Origin: an uncultured virus (IMG/VR IMGVR_UViG_3300025840_000026)
Taxonomy: Duplodnaviria; Heunggongvirae; Uroviricota; Caudoviricetes
IMG/VR virus record: IMGVR_UViG_3300025840_000026
Direction: 5' to 3' (one strand)
Length of the DNA stretch: 20,000 nt
The position numbers were made by a program, and so were the translations under genes. Below the pieces are notes generated by a model. That model had not been told where the DNA came from. It made no database searches and worked only from the letters and a program-made list of their open reading frames with translations. Below, in pieces: positions 15,731-20,000 of the stretch (position 1 is the stretch's first letter; the number at the start of each line of letters is the position of its first letter).

Positions 15731-16027
15731 ATGGAATTTATATTGACACTTATTCGTGACGTTGGAACACCTATTGCAATGGGTCTAGTCATGAGTTATT
15801 TTATATTCCTTGTAATGAAACAAATCCTACAAGGGATAGTGGATAGTATAAAAACTCTTACAATTTTTTGTGAGGGTTTAGAAAATCGTGCAAGAACGAT
15901 GTCAAATGAATTAGTGAAAATTGACCTTTTAGTTTCATCTGCACTAGAACTAAAACCTGATATTGACCGTATAGCACGTGCAGAAAATTTTATAGAGGAT
16001 GGAAAACTAGACGTTAGAAGAGACTAG
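15731..16027 (+). CDS. Single-pass membrane protein with coiled coil (paralog A)
   Basis: DVGTPIAMGLVMSYFIFLVMK TM segment, then heptad-like region. Confidence 0.8.
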   Translation: MEFILTLIRDVGTPIAMGLVMSYFIFLVMKQILQGIVDSIKTLTIFCEGLENRARTMSNELVKIDLLVSSALELKPDIDRIARAENFIEDGKLDVRRD

Positions 16028-16034
16028 GGACAAT

Positions 16035-16310
16035 ATGGAAACTGATATAGCAAGTATAGTAAGTGAATATGGGTTTCCTGTAGTTATGATGGTGGGTCTT
16101 GGATACTTTATATATTTTCTTTGGAATTTTATAAATGACGAGATAGACCCTCATATTGAAAAAATGCATTTTACACTCATTAGAGTAATAGACCAAGTAA
16201 GAATGCTTGACCAAGATTTAATACGACTTCAACAAAAGGTAAACGTAGTTTTAGAGTATAAGAATAGAGATAAATTGAAGTCGGAAGGAGAAAACAAAAA
16301 GAATGATTAA
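16035..16310 (+). CDS. Single-pass membrane protein with coiled coil (paralog B; YvrJ/BhlA-like pattern)
   Basis: EYGFPVVMMVGLGYFIYFLWN TM segment aligns by eye with paralog A; heptad-like region follows. Confidence 0.8.
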   Translation: METDIASIVSEYGFPVVMMVGLGYFIYFLWNFINDEIDPHIEKMHFTLIRVIDQVRMLDQDLIRLQQKVNVVLEYKNRDKLKSEGENKKND

Positions 16311-16881
16311 GAAAGATTGGGAACTGTTAAAGAAACAGCAAGGGTCAAATATTTGGAGTGGTTTGGATATGTTTAGAGCCATGTGTTTCGGTGTTATCAT
16401 CGGAATCTTTATGGGTTTAATTATTGCATTTCCAGTCCATGCAAATCCAATCGTATTTCAATTTAAAAATCCTTCCTTTAGTGGGGTAGGAACGGGTTCT
16501 CATTATCTTACAATTGAAAACCAAGAGTTCTCAAGGAAGAAACAAATAGAGGATGCTTTGGAGGCAGCACGTAAAGCTGCAGAAAGAGAAGCAGATAACT
16601 CCACACTTTCAAAGTTTATTAGAAACTTAGAGAGTAGAATTTATGCACAGATGGCTAAACAATTAGTAGAGTCAATGTTTCAAAATGACAGTGCAGTAAG
16701 GTTTGGTTCATTTGTATTAGAAGGTTCCACAGTAACCTATGAAGTGATCACTCAAGCAGACGGAAGTGAAAGTATTAGAATGACTATAGTTGGGCCCGAT
16801 GGGACTGAAACAGTAATAGAGATTCCAATAGGAACAGGATACTTCGGGAGTGATTATGGGACGACTACTGACGGGGGTTAG
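16303..16881 (+). CDS. csgF: Curli assembly protein CsgF-like
   Basis: Signal peptide ending PVHA, then IVFQFKNPSFSG (compare CsgF FQFRNPNFGG); FIRNLESRIYAQMAKQL; GTETVIEIP end; adjacent to csgG. Alternative start 16369. Confidence 0.82.
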   Translation: MIKKDWELLKKQQGSNIWSGLDMFRAMCFGVIIGIFMGLIIAFPVHANPIVFQFKNPSFSGVGTGSHYLTIENQEFSRKKQIEDALEAARKAAEREADNSTLSKFIRNLESRIYAQMAKQLVESMFQNDSAVRFGSFVLEGSTVTYEVITQADGSESIRMTIVGPDGTETVIEIPIGTGYFGSDYGTTTDGG

Positions 16882-17782
16882 TCTTTTATATCTTGTCCTT
16901 TTAACAGGTTGTGCATCTGTCCCTCGTTGGTCAGATAATCCACAAGATTGTGACCCCTCAACATGGGGCCCCGAATACAATCATGATTTAGTGAATTACG
17001 CTGCCGCTGCTGGTAGAACATTTGAAAGAGCAATGCCTTTTATTTGTGTAGATGACCCTGAAGTAATTAAACTTCCTTCTTATATTGAACTACTAACACT
17101 ACCACCATCAGAGACTATGCCTGTGGTTGCAGTATATCAGTTTCAAGATAAAACAGGACAAAGAAAATCAGAACAAAATATTGCATCGTTTTCAACGGCA
17201 GTTACCCAAGGTGGAACTGAGATGTTAATCGATGCACTTAAAACTGCTGGACAAGGAACTTGGTTCAGAGTTGTAGAGAGACAAGGACTGGACAATCTAG
17301 TCAGAGAAAGACAAATTATACGTAGTGGAAGACAAGAAATTGCAGAAGCTATGGGAGAAGAAGCACAAGGTATACAACCTCTTTTATTTGCAGGGATGAT
17401 AATAGAGGGGGGAATAATTGGGTATGACAGTAATTTATTAACTGGGGGTCGTGGAGCACGATACCTAGGTATAGGAATGAGTAGACAATATCGAAAGGAT
17501 GCAGTTACAGTATCAGTTCGTGCAGTTTCCGTTCTTACTGGTGAAGTTTTATTAAACGTCCAAACACGTAAGACTATATTGTCTTATGGTGGAGCAGGAG
17601 ACATCTTCAGATTTATAGAAGAAGGAACTCGACTTGTAGAATATGAGGACGGAGTGGGTAATAATGAATCAGTGACTTTTGCAACTAGGTCTGCTATTGA
17701 AGCAGCCGTTTACGAAATGATTCAACAAGGAAACCAAAGAGGATTTTGGTCTATTGGAGAATCTCAGGAGAAAAAAGGATGA
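16856..17782 (+). CDS. csgG: Curli secretion channel CsgG-like outer-membrane lipoprotein
   Basis: Lipobox LLTGC; VAVYQFQDKTGQRK, FSTAVTQGGTEMLIDALK, WFRVVERQGLDNLVRERQIIR, IIEGGIIGYDSN, TGEVLLNVQTRKTILS, NESV. Confidence 0.93.
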   Translation: MGRLLTGVSLLYLVLLTGCASVPRWSDNPQDCDPSTWGPEYNHDLVNYAAAAGRTFERAMPFICVDDPEVIKLPSYIELLTLPPSETMPVVAVYQFQDKTGQRKSEQNIASFSTAVTQGGTEMLIDALKTAGQGTWFRVVERQGLDNLVRERQIIRSGRQEIAEAMGEEAQGIQPLLFAGMIIEGGIIGYDSNLLTGGRGARYLGIGMSRQYRKDAVTVSVRAVSVLTGEVLLNVQTRKTILSYGGAGDIFRFIEEGTRLVEYEDGVGNNESVTFATRSAIEAAVYEMIQQGNQRGFWSIGESQEKKG

Positions 17783-18510
17783 AGAAATTTTTATTAACAT
17801 TTACTACATTATTGGTGATAAGTTCATCTCTTTCTGCACAAGCAACTGATGATAACGAAATCAATATAGAGCAAGTTGGTGATACACTAACACTTTATAT
17901 TGACCAAGTGGGTTATGGTAACAAGATAGGGTTGGACAACTTTTCAAGTAGTTCAAGTGCTATGCCTATTACTGGAACTTCATTAACATTCGATATTGAT
18001 CAGATTGGTAATGAAAACTTACTATATGGAACATTGACAGCCGATTCATCAACATATAATCTTCTTTTCACAGGGGATGGAAATATATGGGATTGGTTAA
18101 TAGGTGATACTGGGTCATCAGACTCATCAACAATTGATGTAGACATTACTGGTGATTCTAACACTATGGATTTTGACCAAGGTAGTTTGTTTAGTGCTGA
18201 AAGATTGGACTTTGATTTTACACTTTTAGGTTCGTCTAATGTGTTTGATGTTGACATTGAGGCTGATGATGTTATTTGGAACTTCGATATAACAGGAGCT
18301 TCAAACAACGTTTTAACACTTCAAAAAGATGGTGCATATAATGAAATTAATTTCACGTTAGATGGTGATTCAGCTGACATTGATATTAAACAATTAAGTG
18401 GCACTTGTCCATCAGGTGTAAGCACTTGTTTTGGTGTTATAACTTTAGATGTTACCTCAGATAATGCAGTTATTCAGATTAACCAAAAAGACAACGCTAA
18501 CGATAGTTAG
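17779..18510 (+). CDS. Secreted curlin-repeat (CsgA/CsgB-like) beta-solenoid protein, 243 aa
   Basis: ATGA overlap with csgG; Sec signal MKKFLL...SLSA; roughly 11/22-residue repeats such as NEINIEQVG, LYIDQVGYGN, FDIDQIGNEN, VDITGDSN, FDITGASN. Confidence 0.75.
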   Translation: MKKFLLTFTTLLVISSSLSAQATDDNEINIEQVGDTLTLYIDQVGYGNKIGLDNFSSSSSAMPITGTSLTFDIDQIGNENLLYGTLTADSSTYNLLFTGDGNIWDWLIGDTGSSDSSTIDVDITGDSNTMDFDQGSLFSAERLDFDFTLLGSSNVFDVDIEADDVIWNFDITGASNNVLTLQKDGAYNEINFTLDGDSADIDIKQLSGTCPSGVSTCFGVITLDVTSDNAVIQINQKDNANDS

Positions 18511-19609
18511 TCTTCTATTCTCCTTTGGGTGTTTTGCAGAAGACCCCATTGGAGAAGTAGAGGAGTTCACAGGAATAGGGGCACTACTTAGAAGTGGTGA
18601 AACCTTAGATAGTCCTTTGGGAACTGAGGTCGTTTTATACGATGAAGCAAAGACTGGAAATGGTCGAATGCTTATTCGTTTTTTAGATGATGAAGAACTT
18701 GCACTTACTGAAAACACTTATGCATTTATCGATGAAGCATACTATGACCCTGACCCATCTTTATCTAAGATGTCTATACGAATGGTTAGAGGAACAGCTA
18801 GGTTTGCTTCAGGTTCAGGTGCAAGAATTAGAAGTGCAAATATCAATGTAGAAACACCTACAGCACAAATAACAATAAGAGGAACAAACTTTACAACAAC
18901 CATAGATGAACTCGGAAGGTCTTTGATTGTTCTTCTACCTGATGAAGACGGAGTTACACCTTCAGGTCAGATAGATGTGACTAATGATGGTGGAACAGTT
19001 ACACTTAGTGAATCCTATGCAGCTACAATGGTCTCTAGTTTTGAACAACCACCAACACAACCCGTAACAATTCAAAATATTACACTTAATATAATCGACA
19101 ATATGTTTATTGTCAATCCACCAACAGAAGTAAAACGTGCAATTGAAGAACAAGCACAAAATGATTTAGATTCTGACAGTGGAATACTTGACGTAGATTT
19201 CTTAGAGTTCAATGAATTAGAACAAGATACACTTGCAGACACTACAGAAGACTTAGAATACTCTGAGTTAGATATAGATATGTTAGGAGTAGATTTCTTA
19301 GTTGACCTTTTAGACGTTGTTGAAGAACTAATTAGAACTACAGAAGTTTCTTCAGATTCACAACAGGGTGGTTCAACAGGTCAAGTTGCACTTATTGGTG
19401 CAGCGATAGGATTCAATCAAGATTCACAATACAACATTTTCTTAGAAGACCAAAACATAATCTTCTATAGAGAGGTGGGGGGTAGAATTAGAATCATTTT
19501 ACGACAGGACTCTGAGACTAAGATTACAACTTATGTCGATGGATACACAGGAGATATAAAACTTAATGGTGGGACAGACTCAACCATTGTTATATCACAG
19601 TTCAACTAA
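18464..19609 (+). CDS. Secreted FecR-domain protein with acidic C-terminal region
   Basis: Signal peptide ending GCFA; IGEV, DEAKTGNGRMLIRFLD..LALTENT, VRGTARFASG, VETPTAQITIRGTNF typical of the FecR domain. Start probably ATG 18464. Confidence 0.8.
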   Translation: MQLFRLTKKTTLTIVSLLFSFGCFAEDPIGEVEEFTGIGALLRSGETLDSPLGTEVVLYDEAKTGNGRMLIRFLDDEELALTENTYAFIDEAYYDPDPSLSKMSIRMVRGTARFASGSGARIRSANINVETPTAQITIRGTNFTTTIDELGRSLIVLLPDEDGVTPSGQIDVTNDGGTVTLSESYAATMVSSFEQPPTQPVTIQNITLNIIDNMFIVNPPTEVKRAIEEQAQNDLDSDSGILDVDFLEFNELEQDTLADTTEDLEYSELDIDMLGVDFLVDLLDVVEELIRTTEVSSDSQQGGSTGQVALIGAAIGFNQDSQYNIFLEDQNIIFYREVGGRIRIILRQDSETKITTYVDGYTGDIKLNGGTDSTIVISQFN

Positions 19610-19622
19610 ATATAAGGAATAT

Positions 19623-19793
19623 ATGAAAATATTTAAAGATATAAAAGTTTGGTTTGAAAAGTTTTTTGAGTGGCATGAAAACCAGTTGTGGTCTTTTGCA
19701 AGTCTATTCAAGATAGACTGGTATGTTATGTGGTGGATTGCATTTTTTGAGGGAATAGTGTTTACACTTATATGGATATGGATATTAAGTTAA
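19623..19793 (+). CDS. Trp/Phe-rich small membrane protein, 56 aa
   Basis: SD AAGGA and late-like CTAAATA (19606-19612) upstream; MKIFKDIKVWFEKFFEW...WYVMWWIAFFEGIVFTLIWIWILS. Confidence 0.65.
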   Translation: MKIFKDIKVWFEKFFEWHENQLWSFASLFKIDWYVMWWIAFFEGIVFTLIWIWILS

Positions 19794-20000
19794 TAGATAA
19801 AGGTTTGTTAACCATAGGGTGGTTAATCCTACTTTCATATTGTTCAGTTGCATTCGCAGACAATGAAATTACCATTGACCAAACTGGTGGGGATAACTTT
19901 TCTTTGAATATTGAACAATATGGTGCTAAGAACGAAATCAAAATGTATGATCCATATTCTTATGTTAATGGTGCAAATATGTCATTGCACCTTTATCAAA
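19772..20000 (+). CDS. Second secreted curlin-like protein (truncated by window end; not in ORF track)
   Basis: Open to the window end: MDMDIKLIDKGLLTIGWLILLSYCSVAFA|DNEITIDQTGGDNFSLNIEQYGAKNEIKM..., matching the mature start DNEINIEQVG of the 17779 protein. Confidence 0.75.
   Translation, partial: MDMDIKLIDKGLLTIGWLILLSYCSVAFADNEITIDQTGGDNFSLNIEQYGAKNEIKMYDPYSYVNGANMSLHLYQ

Noticed and set aside
199..19159. All minus-strand ORFs in the track (for example 798-1049, 3682-3945, 7766-7969, 10426-10695, 18000-18308)
   Set aside because: Antisense shadows of well-supported plus-strand genes; no SD, promoter or protein motifs.
1..20000. CRISPR arrays, tRNA/rRNA genes, introns, inteins, transposases
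   Set aside because: No regularly spaced repeats or RNA-gene signatures seen; core genes have ordinary lengths.

Overview
AT-rich fragment of a T4-like (large myovirus) phage genome of the marine type. All credible genes lie on the + strand. The left three quarters is the core transcription/recombination/replication block: late sigma gp55, gp47/gp46 nuclease, gp45 clamp, gp44 and gp62 clamp loader, and RegA. It is interleaved with accessory genes: peptide deformylase, a 2OG-Fe(II) oxygenase, a metallopeptidase-vWA plus CobS/MoxR AAA+ pair, a DUF3310-like protein, an amino-DNA methyltransferase, and a late-promoter protein with a capsid-targeting-like N-terminus and a PD-(D/E)xK-like motif. 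After a Rho-independent terminator (15671-15697), a perfect T4 late promoter (TATAAATA) opens a curli-like (type VIII secretion) cassette that runs off the window. The cassette holds two paralogous small membrane proteins, CsgF, CsgG, a secreted curlin-repeat protein, a secreted FecR-domain protein, a Trp-rich micro membrane protein and a second curlin-like protein. Non-coding highlights are a three-hairpin 5' leader before gp44, three sigma70-type promoters with a conserved 18-bp spacer, several apparently leaderless genes, a leftward promoter divergent from gp55 with no obvious gene, and strong GATC avoidance. All family calls come from motif recognition by eye; no searches were run.
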